From assembly GCA_046563655.1 (NCBI GenBank), contig CM102285.1, positions 8,432,001 to 8,496,000 on the forward strand: a DNA stretch of 64,000 bases, in the 5' to 3' direction. The stretch comes from Yuukianura sp. NJ FZ-2021. Lineage: Eukaryota. How positions within the stretch are numbered: position 1 is the first letter of the stretch; each line of letters begins with the position of its first letter. Positions 27,201-40,222 of the stretch are shown here, piece by piece. The notes beneath the pieces are model-generated. The model did no database searches, was not told the DNA's origin, and saw only the letters and a list, made by a program, of their open reading frames with translations. The position numbers and the translations under genes are program-made.

Positions 27201-30200
27201 AAGCGGGGATGTTCGGAAGAGTGAGTCTTCATACTCCAGTTCGTCAGGTTCTGAATCCGACGAGTCAATTACTTCTTCCTCCGAAGAAGAGGAAACGGTA
27301 GAAAAAGTAGAAATTGCAATTCAAGTTGATATGGATTTGGAAGAAAGTTTGGAACAGGAAGGAATGAATGCTGCTGCGCAGCAGCCAGATGAAACTCCAC
27401 CGCCAGTACTAACACCTCATTTCATGAATCAGGGATGTCAAAGTGATTTTATATCCTCACGATCATCTCCGGCTCACGTTCACGTATCTCAACAACAACA
27501 ACCAACGATTACTCTTCCCCACGCGCCTGTTACTTCTCAAATTCCGTTGCCACATCCGCCGCCTCCACTCGTGCCATTTACTGGACAGAACTTTTATCCG
27601 AGTCTAACGAACTTTGAATTCATCACTCAGCAAAGAACGCAACAAGACTTTTCACTTATGCTCGGTGTACCAACGGTATCCGCTTACAGTTTTGGACCTT
27701 CCACGGTGTTGACTCAAAATCAAATTCCGGGGATCCCAATTGGATACTCATCAACCAGTATTTCTGCTGCGACAACATTGCAAACACATATTAGAAGTGT
27801 TGCTGCAAATTTAGATATTCCGTTAGTCCGCCCTGTTGTCACACAGACAAACTTACTCTCATCAATGCCGCTGACTAGGCCGTCGCAAATGATAGACCCA
27901 AACAGACCATTAACTCGACCGATCGTGAATCCCTGGCCCGAGACTAGCAGAAGTCAAGCAACTAACCACCAACCCCACCAACATTATTCAGCCTTTCGTG
28001 TTCCAGCGTCAACGACTGTGATCAGTGGAGAAGTCCAATCCACTTTAGCTCAATCAGGACCACCGTTTCATTATCCAAATCCACCGCAAGCAGATTACCA
28101 CCGTGGACAGCAACAATTTCAGTCTCATTTTGGGGCAAACAGAGCGACTTCCGGAGTATCGCAAGTTTTACGGAGACAGACAACTACGAGCATCCAATCT
28201 GCTCACCCTGGAATAAGCGCCCACGGACTTTCGCTTATTCAAAGTTTACCAAACGTTTCTATTGTTCCAAAGTTTGACCGAACTGCCAAGACTGTCGTCA
28301 TTCGACCGGACCAACAATCAACGTCGTCAATGTCTTCGGTACAGGAAAAAGTGTCACCCAAGAAAACGAGTCGTGCAAAGGAAAAAACTGGTCCGCCGAA
28401 GGAAAAAGGAAGGAAAAGAAAAGTTCTTCCGTTTACTAAGGAGCCAAGTCCGCTTCTCGTGAGGAAAGATTCGTCGAATCCTATTACATATGTTGGGAAA
28501 GCGAAATCTTCTAAAAAGTACGTCAGATGTTTTAGTAGTTAGGCAATTTTGCGAAAAAACATTTTATCACCATCATATATACAATGAGTCTTGAAGTTAA
28601 CATTTTTCTTGTTTGTGATTACAGAAACGTAAAAGGAACAGAGCCTGAACACCAGAAGGAATCGCTTTCTCATCCATTCAATCAATTGATACTCAACACC
28701 GAAGCAGTCAACGAGCAAACTAAGAAATTGCCAACAATAAGTCCATCTTTAGTTCAAGAAAGTGGGAACGGAAGTGGTGTGAATGTGTCACATTCACATG
28801 CGAATCTTCAAGGAAACAACGACAGAGCTCTCTTCAACTTAGGACCTACAGATTCCGATGCCCAGAATCCTATAATAGCTGTCGAGAACCATAATTCTGA
28901 ACCCACCGTATTGGAAAAGTCAGACAATAAAATTTTGGAAGCCACGGAGCCTATCGTCGACAGCAATAAGTCAGAAAAATCTAGTGAGAAGATCTCTAAA
29001 TCTAAAAAATCAAAATCTGGGGAGAAACCAAGAGGAAGGAAATGCGGAACGGAATCACCGCGCCCAGTTTCCGTTTCGTCAGAACGGTCGTCCCGTGTGT
29101 CAGAATCTCGTGACGACATCAAGATCGAAGACATTTTGGCCTACTACCCGACAGAGGATGAGTTTCAAGATCCGCTCAAATATATCGAACAGATCAAAGA
29201 AGAAGCACAGCAATTTGGAATTGCGAGGATTGTACCGCCGAAGTCCTTTCGGGTAATTTCGATAATCATTTTTTCAACTTTGTTTTTAGAATAATCAAAC
29301 TGCACGCTTTTGGTTATTTGTTTTTTCAGCCCGAATGTAATGTTGAAGATGACATGAGATTCACAGCTTACAATCATTACATTCATCGAATGCACAAACG
29401 ATGGGGTCCAAATGTCCACGTTCGGGTGGGCATTATGCAGCATCTCAAGAAGTCAAAAATCCGTGTCGTATCTTCAAACCCACCGATTATTGGCGGCATG
29501 GAGGTTGATCTTACAACGTTGTACCACACGGTTCAATCTTTTGGTGGATTGACTGAAGTAATTCAAAAAGACAAGTGGAACAAGGTGTCAGACGCGATGA
29601 ACATTCCGAAAGCGGCCAATGACAGAGCTAGTAAATTGGATGCCGTATATGTGAAGTATGTCCTGCCTTATGAGATGCTTTCCGAACGTAAGTTATAAAA
29701 CAAATTATTTGGGAAGGAAAAAGAATTTTACAACCTAAAACGATTGCCTATGATGTTTTGCAGATGAACGTAAAAAGCTATTGAACGAAGTTGAGAAAAG
29801 ATGGAAAGTTCGTGTGAATAAAGATCCTGAGAGTGAGAGCGAATCAGATGAAGACGATCCGCTGATTGAAGTAGAAGACTGCATTGTAAAGGTAAGTAAA
29901 AGTTGATAATCCGTTTATTAAGAAAGGCAAATTTCAAGGTCATTACTTGATTGCAATTTTTATGTTAGGGAAAGAGCACTCCGCTGAGTTCCTACTACAG
30001 AGTTGCGCGGAATACTATGAACATGCTTTTCAAAAACAAAGATCCAACTCCCAATGAAGTGGAGTCGTCATATTGGAAATTAGTTCGTGAACGAGACCGG
30101 CACCTTTGCGTCTATTCTGGCAGCATTGACTGCGCTGGTCTGGGATGGGGATTTCCATTACCTAAAAACGGTTCGAACCACCCTTGGAACCTGAAAGTAC

Positions 30201-31713
30201 TGGCCAACAATCCTGGATCTATTTTGAAGAGCATGGGATCAGTCATGGGTAACAAAACATTTCCTTGGTCGGATTACATGTTGGTTGGTTTGTTTGTTAA
30301 ATCTTCTAATATTAATTGTATTGAAACAGGAGCAACTGTACCGACGCTACACGTTGGAATGGTGTTTACGACATACTGTTGGTACAGAGATCCACATAAT
30401 CTGCCTTGGGTTGAGTACTTGCACTCTGGTGGGAACAAAATCTGGTAAGTTTACTTTCGTTAGAAGCTTAATACTCGCCATTTTAATCGTGTGGTAACCA
30501 TAAATTAACAATACAAATGTCCACAGGTATGTGATCCCTGCAAGTCATGAATCGAACTTTCGGGAAGTGCTGAAGGAGCTGATGCCACGTCAATGCAAAG
30601 ACAAAAAGATTTGGCTCACTTCCGACTCTGCTATGGTAAGGATTTGCAAAGTAAGCTGAGCTTCTAAACTGATTATAATAAGTCAATTTGTTATTCGTTC
30701 CTGGTGTAGGTGCCACCGGAACTACTTCTAAGTCATGGAATTCCGCTGTTTCGAGCTGTTCAAAATCCTGGGGAATTTCTGGTTGTCTTTCCAAAAGCTT
30801 TTACGTCTGCCATTTGCACCGGATATGTGATCTCGGAAAGTGTTTGTTTCGCTTCACCAGATTGGTTGAAGTCTGCACTGGACACATTCAAGGTAACGAG
30901 CGTTTTTTGCTAATTTTTATCTGCTTTCTTTATCCTCTGGTTTCCTGAAATATTTACTTTAACTACATATCTACTTGTGTCAACATTACATTACAACGAT
31001 GTCAAAATTATTGCAGGATATTCGAGAGAGCAAGGAACCGCCAGTATTTTCTTTGGAAAAGCTGTTGCTTAGTATTTTGAGTGATAATCATGTTTCGACT
31101 GACATTTTAAAAATTGTAAGCATTTAAACATTATGATTCCAAGTCATACTTCATCAACCTGAAATAACTGTAATGTTTGCTTCCTAGGCTTTACCCGTTG
31201 CAAAAGCCATCTTCAATGAAGAATTGGCTCTACGAAAAAAACTGAGAGATCTTGGAGTAGGAACGAGTAAAAGCGCTCGTTCAGAAGAGAAAGGGAAGAA
31301 AAGCAACAATAAAAAACACGACGACGAAGTCATTGAATGCGACACTTGCAATTATGTTCTTCATCTGTCAATGGTAAAATGAAACAATATTTACGAGTGC
31401 ATAGATTCATTTCTTTTTCTAAAAAATACTGACTGAATTCCATTCTTACAGGTAACCCACAAATCAAAGAAGTTAAGTTATTGTCTTCCTCACGCAATTA
31501 AAGAATTAACTAAGAAAAAGAGCAGTGTAAAGGCTTCAACGTTGTTTCACGATGAGACCGACGTAAGTAAAATAGCTGCATAACTCATTGTATTTTTATT
31601 TATGTGCTGCTAGCATGTACGTATGTACGCACAATTTGAACAATTTGATTCAAATATAGGCACAACTACGTTCAATCCTGAATGCTGCTCAATCGCGTGT
31701 CAACGTCAAGTAA
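24291..31713 (+). CDS. Jarid2: Jumonji / JARID2 (JmjN, ARID, inactive JmjC, C5HC2 zinc finger), ~17 coding exons
   Basis: The first exon [13 protein letters not shown] (24291-24451) splices in phase to RAQRKFAQG and [20 protein letters not shown]. Also JmjN ([16 protein letters not shown]...FGIARIVPP), ARID ([16 protein letters not shown]...W), JmjC (PWNLKVL...PTLHVGMVF...WYRDPH...[11 protein letters not shown]) and CDTC...CLPH. Stop at 31711-31713. Confidence 0.95.
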
Positions 31714-33655
31714 ATGGAGGAAACTCTTACAAAACGACGGCATTTAAACTCGAAAAGTTAAACTGAAAATCCCTGGAGCCTTGAAGCGGTATATGGAAAT
31801 TACGACTGTTAGATATTCAACAAAACTGCCATCTTATTTAGTATTTATGGACAATTCCCGCATAACATAGTTGATACAAGTGTTGTGTTTTTATACCTTT
31901 TTACACTTTTACAGTTTTAAACAGATTTTTTATAATTCTTATTTTTTTTATAACATTTTTAATAACGACCAATTTTAATTTATATTCGATTAAAAACAAA
32001 TCGCAAGTAATTCTCAAATCAATTCGTAGATATAACCATAATGTAGTTAACTTTGGAACTTCCATATTTTCTTATTCCCGTCTTTTTAAATCACATCTTC
32101 ACATCCCATATAACATTTTCGGTCCATCTAATGTCAAACTAACAGGCAGCACATTGCATTGGTTGACTCAATCTTCAAACTACTCCGAAGATCTGTATGT
32201 GCGGCAAAAAAGGAAAATATTTCTTGAAGTTTTTATTTCCTCGATTTGTTTGCCAAGTTCTTATAACCTGAGGAAATGGCAGGAAGTGGGGTAACTTCGC
32301 AACATTGTAACAAAATTTGTTATAACTTAAACCTTAATTCGATTGGTTAGATCCGAAGTTACGGATTTGGAGTTAAGTTCAGTTTATCCGCAAATCTACT
32401 TAACCTAACTCATTCCTAACTTAGTTTTCAAAAACACTTGTATTATTTGGTAAAAGTTTTTGAGGTTTGGCTTCCAAATTTACTTTCAATTTGAACCCAA
32501 TTTCAAAACGAACACTTTCTTCCAACTGTTTTTCCAAGTTTCCTGGAAGTATCCTGCTTTTCCCTGTACCTAAAGTTAGGTAAACTTAGCCTAACCTGGT
32601 ACCATTTTCTGTGGAACGGAGACAAAACGAAAAGTTGTCACCAGTGGGCAACCGAGTCTTCAATCATCATTGTTCCAACTTTTTCTACTTAATCAAGACG
32701 CGACAGGCGGCCTTTCGATTCTAAGATGGATTCAATCTCCGTGGACTTCAAATTGGTCTCTCCGAGTTGTCGAGAAAACTTAATATCCGCCTCTTATACG
32801 TCCGTTGGATGACGTCTTTCAATTGAAATTGAAGGGGAATCAAATCAAGGCTTCCCCACGTTCATTTTCTCCGGTGTCTGTGCAGGAGAAAGTCAGAGAG
32901 AGAAAGGAGAGAGGAAGTTCCTCAATGCCTCAACCGCCCTTTATCCCATTAATTTCCAGTCAAATCTTATTTCAAACTTCCAAATTATTATTCATCAGCA
33001 GTCTTAAGTGAAGAGGAGTCCTTCTGCTGCTCATTTCGCCTTGGGAGAAAATCTAATCCACGTTTTAAAGCCACTTATCGCACCCAGAAACTTCCAAAAC
33101 TTAAGGAAAGAGGAGAAAGGGCTTTCCCAAGCGTCTAATTGAAACTGTTTAAAACAGTGAGGGAAAGGAGGCAATTTTTATGATTTAGGAAGCACATCAG
33201 AGAGAAAGTGAATGAATGCAATTAAGTGGCCAATTACGTCTAAAAGCCAGGGGAAAACGACGCGAGCTCTAATGATGCGATTCAAACGTGGAATTCTTGC
33301 TAAAAATGGCCAAGGTTTTTTTGATTTTCAAAAAGCAGGAAAAGGAAAAAATCGTTTTATTTTAGGTTTCCGGAGTAGCATTGTTTTGTTAGGCTAAGGG
33401 TCTCCTAGGATTTGAAGCTGATTGACATAGGTGAAGGATGGAAGCTTTTAAGGGGTCCATTACTTTATGAGGCGACCTCTGTCACAGTGGCCCTTGGTTT
33501 GAGAAGGCCCTTGTCAATTGAAGTGTCATAAAGTTATGGATTGACCCGTCTAAAAGCCTTTCAATTTCCAAAAACCTCAAATTGAATTGAAGCCTTTTTC
33601 AACTTCCCAAAGTGAAGTGGCTCATCAGCTTCCATTTTCTGTCCTTCCTGGAAAC

Positions 33656-34046
33656 TAGTGTTTCAACTTCAGCCCCGAAATGAAAAGTTCCAACTTCGAA
33701 CCTAAGTTCGAACTTTCCAAAGAGCAAGTTCGAACTTTCGAACCTTTTTTAATATATGAAAAGCAATGGGCGGTAAAAAAAAAACAGCGTGAGAGTGATA
33801 AATTTTGCAATTCGCATCCGAAGTGCGCATTTTCCCTTGTATTTGAATTCTTTTTCAAAAATTAAGTTAAAACAATAGGTTTAAAGTGGACTAAAACTAC
33901 TTTCTGTGGAATATGCATTGTTGAAAATTTGCCAATATTGACGTTTAAGTTGCACTCTTATGGGTCAAGTTCGAACTTCGAACTTAGAAAAACAGTCAGG
34001 TTCGAGTTCGGAAGTTCGAACTCTAAAGTTCGAACTTGAAGCACTA
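33656..34046. mobile_element. hAT-type MITE, 391 bp, perfect 8-bp TSD
   Basis: CTGGAAAC|TAGTGTTTCAACTTC ... GAACTTGAAGCACTA|CTGGAAAC, with multiple subterminal AAGTTCGAACT(T) palindromes at both ends. Confidence 0.9.
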
Positions 34047-35314
34047 CTGGAAACTGTGTCCAAGCAAGAGAACTACATTTACACCTAAGGTTAGGTCTAG
34101 TCACTACAGCTACAAAGCGGAGTAGTTGTCTAGAGTATTGCTAAAAATCTAGTTAGTAAGAACAGAGGGATGATGAGGATAAATCGATTTGACCACTATA
34201 GTCCTCTAATTGTGTAGATCCTGGAAGGTGGTGACCATGACCCATGACCATTCGGTGGATAATAATAATCATTTGTCAGCACTAAAAGTTCACTTGGAGA
34301 GAGGTAGTCTACAGTACAGGATCCAACAGCTTTGAACCAAAGTGGGATTAAGAGGTTTGGCTTCGCCTGGAATCTTTTGGCTTCCTTTCACCTCTGCTTT
34401 CTCTGAGTAAAAATAAAAATCCCGCCTCTTCCTCTCTTGAGTTGATGATGATGATCCTGCCTTTGGTCTAAACTCTAACGGCTCTCCAGGAATTGCGCTA
34501 ATTCTCTCTACTACAGATTTCTTTTGGCGGAGAAAGTCGGATTCCTGAGCAATAGAACACGTTGTGGAGACTTGGAAAGGCTTCTTAATGCTTTGTGGGA
34601 GGCTGGAATTGGCACGGACAGAAACCGTACACTTTCTAATTTTTCTCTTACGGTCATTTCACTTTTTTTTTTGTTCTTCTTGAACTTTTTTTAAAGCCAG
34701 TTATAACTGAAGCCGAAATGTGAGAAACGCTTCGAACTGTCAAGAAGGCAACAAAGCGGAAGTCTAGAAATAGTAAGCTCCATTGGCCGTTTAGGAGTGT
34801 TTTACCGCCATAAATTCTTGTGCTTTCACTCAAGCGTAACGTCAAAATGCTTTTTTCACTGAAGCGGAACCTAACCTAAGCTGTTGGAAAAGTTGACCTA
34901 GCCTTTTATTACCTTAGGTCGCTTGACCAAAGTGTCAACAGGTGACAAGAGCTTTTGTCTGGCGATGGACTAAGCCTGGGCGGCGTCTTGTCACTTCAGA
35001 ACTCTTGACACTTTTTATGGAAGAGGCTTAATGAACCTATTCAGGCGCTAAAAAGAAAGGCATAAAGCACCTGAACCTAAGTGGAATAGTTTCCTTTTTT
35101 TCAAATTAAAAACGGTAGAAAGTATTTTTAAAATTTTTGAAGTTTAGCTCGTTTTTAGTCTCTTCAAGTGTTCCAATTCCTGTTAAAAAATAACTGTACG
35201 CAGAATTTTGTGTCATTTCACTTTCAACTTCGACCGGAGTCACTACTTCTAAGAATTTTTCAAAAACAAGTTAAATCGTCAAAAAGTAGGATACAGTTAG
35301 ATTTTTTCAGTAAA

Positions 35315-36826
35315 ATGAGTTTTTCAGAAGTAATTTTTGTTATAATCATCGCTCACTTTGCGTTTGCAGCCGACGAGCCACAAGGAGCTCAGTTTCATCG
35401 TCCACCAAGTTCAGCAATTTCGTAAGTGAAGCTTTCCCTAATTCAAATATGAGCGTCAATTCACTTAATTTTCAATTAAACTCAATTTTTGTTAACTTTT
35501 GTTAAAGTTTAAAATAAAAGCAGAGTGTTTCAAAATTATGACTTGTTTTTTAACATGTTCAGAGGCACCACCACCGGCTTTACCGTGGGAAAGCAGTACA
35601 ATTTGGACGCTAAAGTTCTGAAAGATGGAACTGCTTCAGCGTCCGTGTATGGCATGTTAGGAGGGCAAGTGGGTCCAGGACCCACCTACTACTCTGCTCC
35701 AGAAGGCAGCGGTGGGAACCGGGACAATGTGAATGTCAACAACAGTCCTCCTGCCTACTATGTATGTCTCCCTGCTTTCTCTAAACTTTACACAATTACT
35801 CACTTTCATCCACTCCTCATGATTTATGACTTTGAATTTAGAATATGATTTATTTACATACTTTGTAGTATGATGCAGCGTCTGGACAGTACTACCCAGC
35901 ACAACAGGCCTTGTCTCCAGAACCCACTACATCCATATGGTCTCCATCTAATGTCAACTACTATGTCGCCGGTGGAGTCTTTGGTGCAGTTGTGCTCGGA
36001 TATGGACTTTATGCTTTCTTTACCACACCAAGTCTACTCAAGGGAATTGGAAACGAAGCGGATGATGGAGACGTCGCAGGCGACGATGCTGCTCCAGCCA
36101 AGAAGGAAACTGCGGTGGCCAGCAAGAAAGCGAGACGACGCAGGGAAATCCGGGTAAGTATTTTTAAAAACCTAAGAAATTTAAACAATTCGAAAATTTT
36201 CATTTAGACAATTCATTTCAAAAGCTTCATTCTTGGTTGTTGATTTTTTCACAAGATGAACTTTCACTTCCCTGATTCACTTCAGTTGCTTTCCACCTTA
36301 ATTTTTTTGCCTTGTTCTATCAAATGCCTTTGACTATTTACAGGTTTATTTAATTCTGATTCGGAATAATTTTAGCAAAAAAATTAATTGTAGAGGTTTC
36401 CCATCTCTTTGACTTTGATTTGACTTTCTCCCGATGGAGAAAGTATTTAAGTATTCTCTCATTTCATACTTTCAATTTTACATGCTTAGCTGAATTTTAA
36501 ATCCGGTTCCAGCAATTTGCTAAATTGTTTTACATTGGGATATTTTATTTCTTTAAATGCATTTAACTCTTCTTTTCTAGAAAAATGAGGAGGCAGCTCG
36601 TCTTGCCTCGATTGTGCTGACTGCGATTGAAAGTGGGGAGTGTCTGCAAAAGTCCATTTGCCTAATGGGAAGTCAATTGAGTGGGACGGAGAAGGGAAAG
36701 TTGGCCACTACATTGCTCAAGAAGTTGGTGCCGGATTCTGTACAGGAAAACCAGTACTTCCTTACTCTCCAGAATGCTCTTGCAGTTGGACCAACCAGTT
36801 GTAACCAATTTCACTGCAAGTATTAA
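35315..36826 (+). CDS. secreted/membrane protein with C-terminal Cys domain, DM4/DM12-like; exons ~35315-35421, 35563-35761, 35869-36153, 36581-36826
   Basis: Signal peptide MSFSEVIFVIIIAHFAFA, G/Y/P-rich region, hydrophobic VAGGVFGAVVLGYGLYAFF, basic RRRR site, then ECLQKSIC...GPTSCNQFHCKY. Exon phases are compatible. Confidence 0.7.
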
Positions 36827-39082
36827 TGACTTTTGAATACAATAATTTAACAAAAGTTCAATTTAAACTGTAATTTACAAAATGTCCTACTTACAATTTG
36901 TGCTTAAGATGGTGCTACATTTTAAAATCAGTTTTTGAAAATGTATTGATTTAACAAAACTTTATTTGCTACATAACGAATTTATACTCATTTGACATAA
37001 TAATTACCTAATTACACGCAATTCTAAAAGTATTCCGGCAAGGCGATACAAAAGCTGACCTATGTATTTTTTCGGATACTACAAATCCAGCGACTTTGAT
37101 GACGTTATTTCGGACGGAGTTAAATTTTAGCATATCTTATATGAAATTGGTGGAGATTAAATGTTTTTTAACTGTTGTTGTTAATTGAATAACCTTGAAC
37201 TCGAAATTCCGTAATATTAATTCTGAAGGTTCCAATATTCGAGTGTGTTGAGCATTACCCAATGAATTCAATTCCGCACAAACGGAAAAACAACTTTTTC
37301 AAGTTCAGCACGTTTTTTTGTATCAAATTCTACAACTTCCCTCAATTCATTTGACAAAAGTAGCGGAAATCTAGCATCATATCACTACTGCCTGGAACAT
37401 GATCCAGAGGAAAGTGCCATTTGAGGTTATATTGTGGTCCAAAGTAAGTGGGGAGATCCATGTCTTCCGTGTTTGGGGATTTGAGGTTGATCCGATCACA
37501 AAGTTCTTGTAACCACTTTCACTAACCACATCTCATCTCTTATAGATTTCCAAATACAAAAGAAATTACAAACAAAGAAGCACCAAACTATTTCTGATAG
37601 TTCTATTAACTTTCTCTATTTAATCTCTTACTCCTAAAGGTCTTGCTTTGAAAAGTTTTGTACTCAATTTAATTTCTACTAGAGCGCTGAGTACTATTGA
37701 GGGAGATGAGAAATGAAACGCTCAAGCGCTCAACACCATCAAAAAGGTGAAAATGTCATTAGAAATTTCATTTTGAATTCCAGTTTCCAATATCTTTTTG
37801 GAAGAGACGCGGTAGTAAAGAAGTTGACCTTCGACTTTCCACTACGTTAGTTTTTAGAGTCTCCGACCGCCCGCAGCCCGTCTTTTGATGACAGTAAACT
37901 ATTTCTTGAAATTCATTTTAAAAATAACTGGGGCATGTTCTCAATTTAAATAAAAATTTCAATTCAAACTCTCCGCCGACGACTCTCGCTCTCTTCTTTG
38001 ATGGACCCGAAGGAGAGAAAGTCAAGGGAAAATAATATCTGTGTTTGATTCCATCAGACTTTCCATCCAACTTCAATTTCTGCTCTACTGAAACCAACTT
38101 TCTCCCCCAAATTTCATTTTCCAAAAAAGTCAATTTCAGAAGCATCAAAAAAGAGACATTTCAAAAGTGTTTGAAGTGTTCTGCTACTCTAATGTGTTTT
38201 GTTTTTACTTTTAATTACAAAAAGGAATGAAAACCAATTCGCAATAATGCAAGGCTACTCAAATCTTAATTCTGTTTTAAAATGGAATTTTTTAAAGATT
38301 TTTTTCTTGTACTTTTAAAAAAGAATTTTGTAAAGCCAAGGCCCTTCAGGTGCCACTATAAACGGCTCCATTGAAAAGTTAAGTCTCTTCTGTGAAATGT
38401 ATTTGCAGAATTGGGACTTTGGAATACAAAAGGTTGATTTTGTGAATGGTTAAGGGCAGGTTAGGTTTGAGCCCTTTCATGTTCAAAGTGTTTGGAAATT
38501 AGGAAATCAGGATTCCTTTTGAAAAAAAGAAGCTAGGAACACATTTTCAAGCATGGGATGAAGCTTTAAGGTTCGCTTTGAAAAGCTATACTATTGAAAA
38601 TTGAAAAAAGTAAGGGAATACAGAATCTGTATTGGAATCCAAAATCGAAAATCCGGGTGGTAGAGTCAGTGCAAATGATTTCAGAGGGTTTCAAGTCGAT
38701 CCAAAAGAAAAATGGAGTTGGAACATATAAAAAAATGTGCCAATTCCTATTTTTCCATCTCAACTCAACATTCCCTAGACTCGTACACACTTTTTTCTTT
38801 TGGTGTGACTCACTTGAAAATCTGGAAAATTGAAGTGGGTACTTATGGGAATGAGGGAATGGGAGTTTAGAGGAATCTGATTTAAAATTCGTTGTGACCA
38901 AAGAAGAAGAGGGCGCTAATCAACTTGAAAAGCGGAAATTGAAAATGGAGGGAGAAATAGTGCTGGTTTAGCAGATTGGAGAGATTTGAAATGAAATTTG
39001 ACAAGGACCGAATGATTTAAGGGCTCCCCGTCAATTGAGAATTTTGGAAAAGCGGGTTTAGTAAGAAAACATGGTGGTGCCG

Positions 39083-39255
39083 TTAGTGGTTTCGATTAAG
39101 TTATTAAAGGGCTCTTCTCCCAGTCAGTGTATAAACAGGGCCCTTCAGACCCTTAAATGTAGAACACTTCAACAGTCGAGTTAAATTAAACTTTGGTGTA
39201 CGTTATTTCATGTTGACCTAGAGCAAATCAAGGATCCAAAAACTTATGTAAAGTC
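39083..39255 (+). repeat. segment repeated (rearranged) at ~42595-42685
   Basis: TTAGTGGTTTCGATTAAGT occurs at ~39083 and ~42666. TGTAC(G/A)TTATTTCAT(G/A)TT(G/A)ACCTAGA(G/C)CAAATCAAG...TATGTAAAGT occurs at ~39197 and ~42600. Confidence 0.75.
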
Positions 39256-40222
39256 AAGTATTTGTTGGGCTAAATTATGCGCCATGAAAAAATTGCATGC
39301 TATTTTTCTAGTTCAATTTCGTAACTCTACAGGTCATTTTTTCAAGAAGCTGTAAGCGATATGAGTTAATCACAATATATCTCGCATTGCTATTTTATTT
39401 TGACGTAATTTTAAATTTTTTTTTTGAATTCCCGGAAAAAAACGTTCTAAAAAATTTCAAAATTTTGAATCTTTTTAGCAAGACTGCACACAGTTTGCTT
39501 TCTATCATTCTATCAATGATGAATGTGCTCTGTTCTTGTTTGTAAATCTTACCAATTTCAATAGTATGAAGCAGCAACGTATTGGTCTGTGCATATTTGG
39601 AGACAAAAGTTTCTCATCCAGCAAAGCTCAGAAGAACAAAAAGCGTGGATAATTCAGACTCTGAAATAAATCGTCCAAGTCGACAGGAAATGCATTATAA
39701 AGTAAATCCTGATATGCAGTGCGGACAGGCGAATTTCGCAAAACATTTGTTTCGAAAATACCCCAAGACAAAATGTTTTCTTCGAATTTAGACAGGATAT
39801 TGTATCCATCGCCATAACTTTTGTTTTAGAAAAAGTAGCTTTCCCCAAAAGGTAAGACTTTACAAAAGGAAATATTGACCTTGAGACAAAACCGGGAAAA
39901 TTGGGATAAAAATTGATCCATTTCTGACCGCAGGTTTTCTTTTTTTTATTCTGTAGGAAGAGAAAGGAGAGTATAAAAAATGCATTGGGTGAAATCTACC
40001 TAGACAAAACCACTCGATCCACCTCTTTTGTTCAGAAAACTTTATTCAAAAACAGAAAAGGAAAGCCTCAAGCAACTTTACCGAAACAAAGAAAGTCTCC
40101 TGATAAGAAAAACGGAAATGATCTCCTCAGTAGTACATGACAAAAAATGCTTAAAATTGCAACCTGGTTGCGACTGTTCCTTTTTTTTTTGTAGTAATTA
40201 AGCGTTTTAAGCGTGTATTAAC

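Noticed and set aside
30379..30810. JmjC domain as an active histone demethylase
   Set aside because: The iron-binding histidines are replaced (WYRD, PKAFTS), as expected for catalytically inactive JARID2, so this is not novel.
36394..36442. Possible micro-exon in the DM4/DM12-like gene
   Set aside because: Inclusion gives a stop or frameshift, and the flanking exons already join in phase 0.
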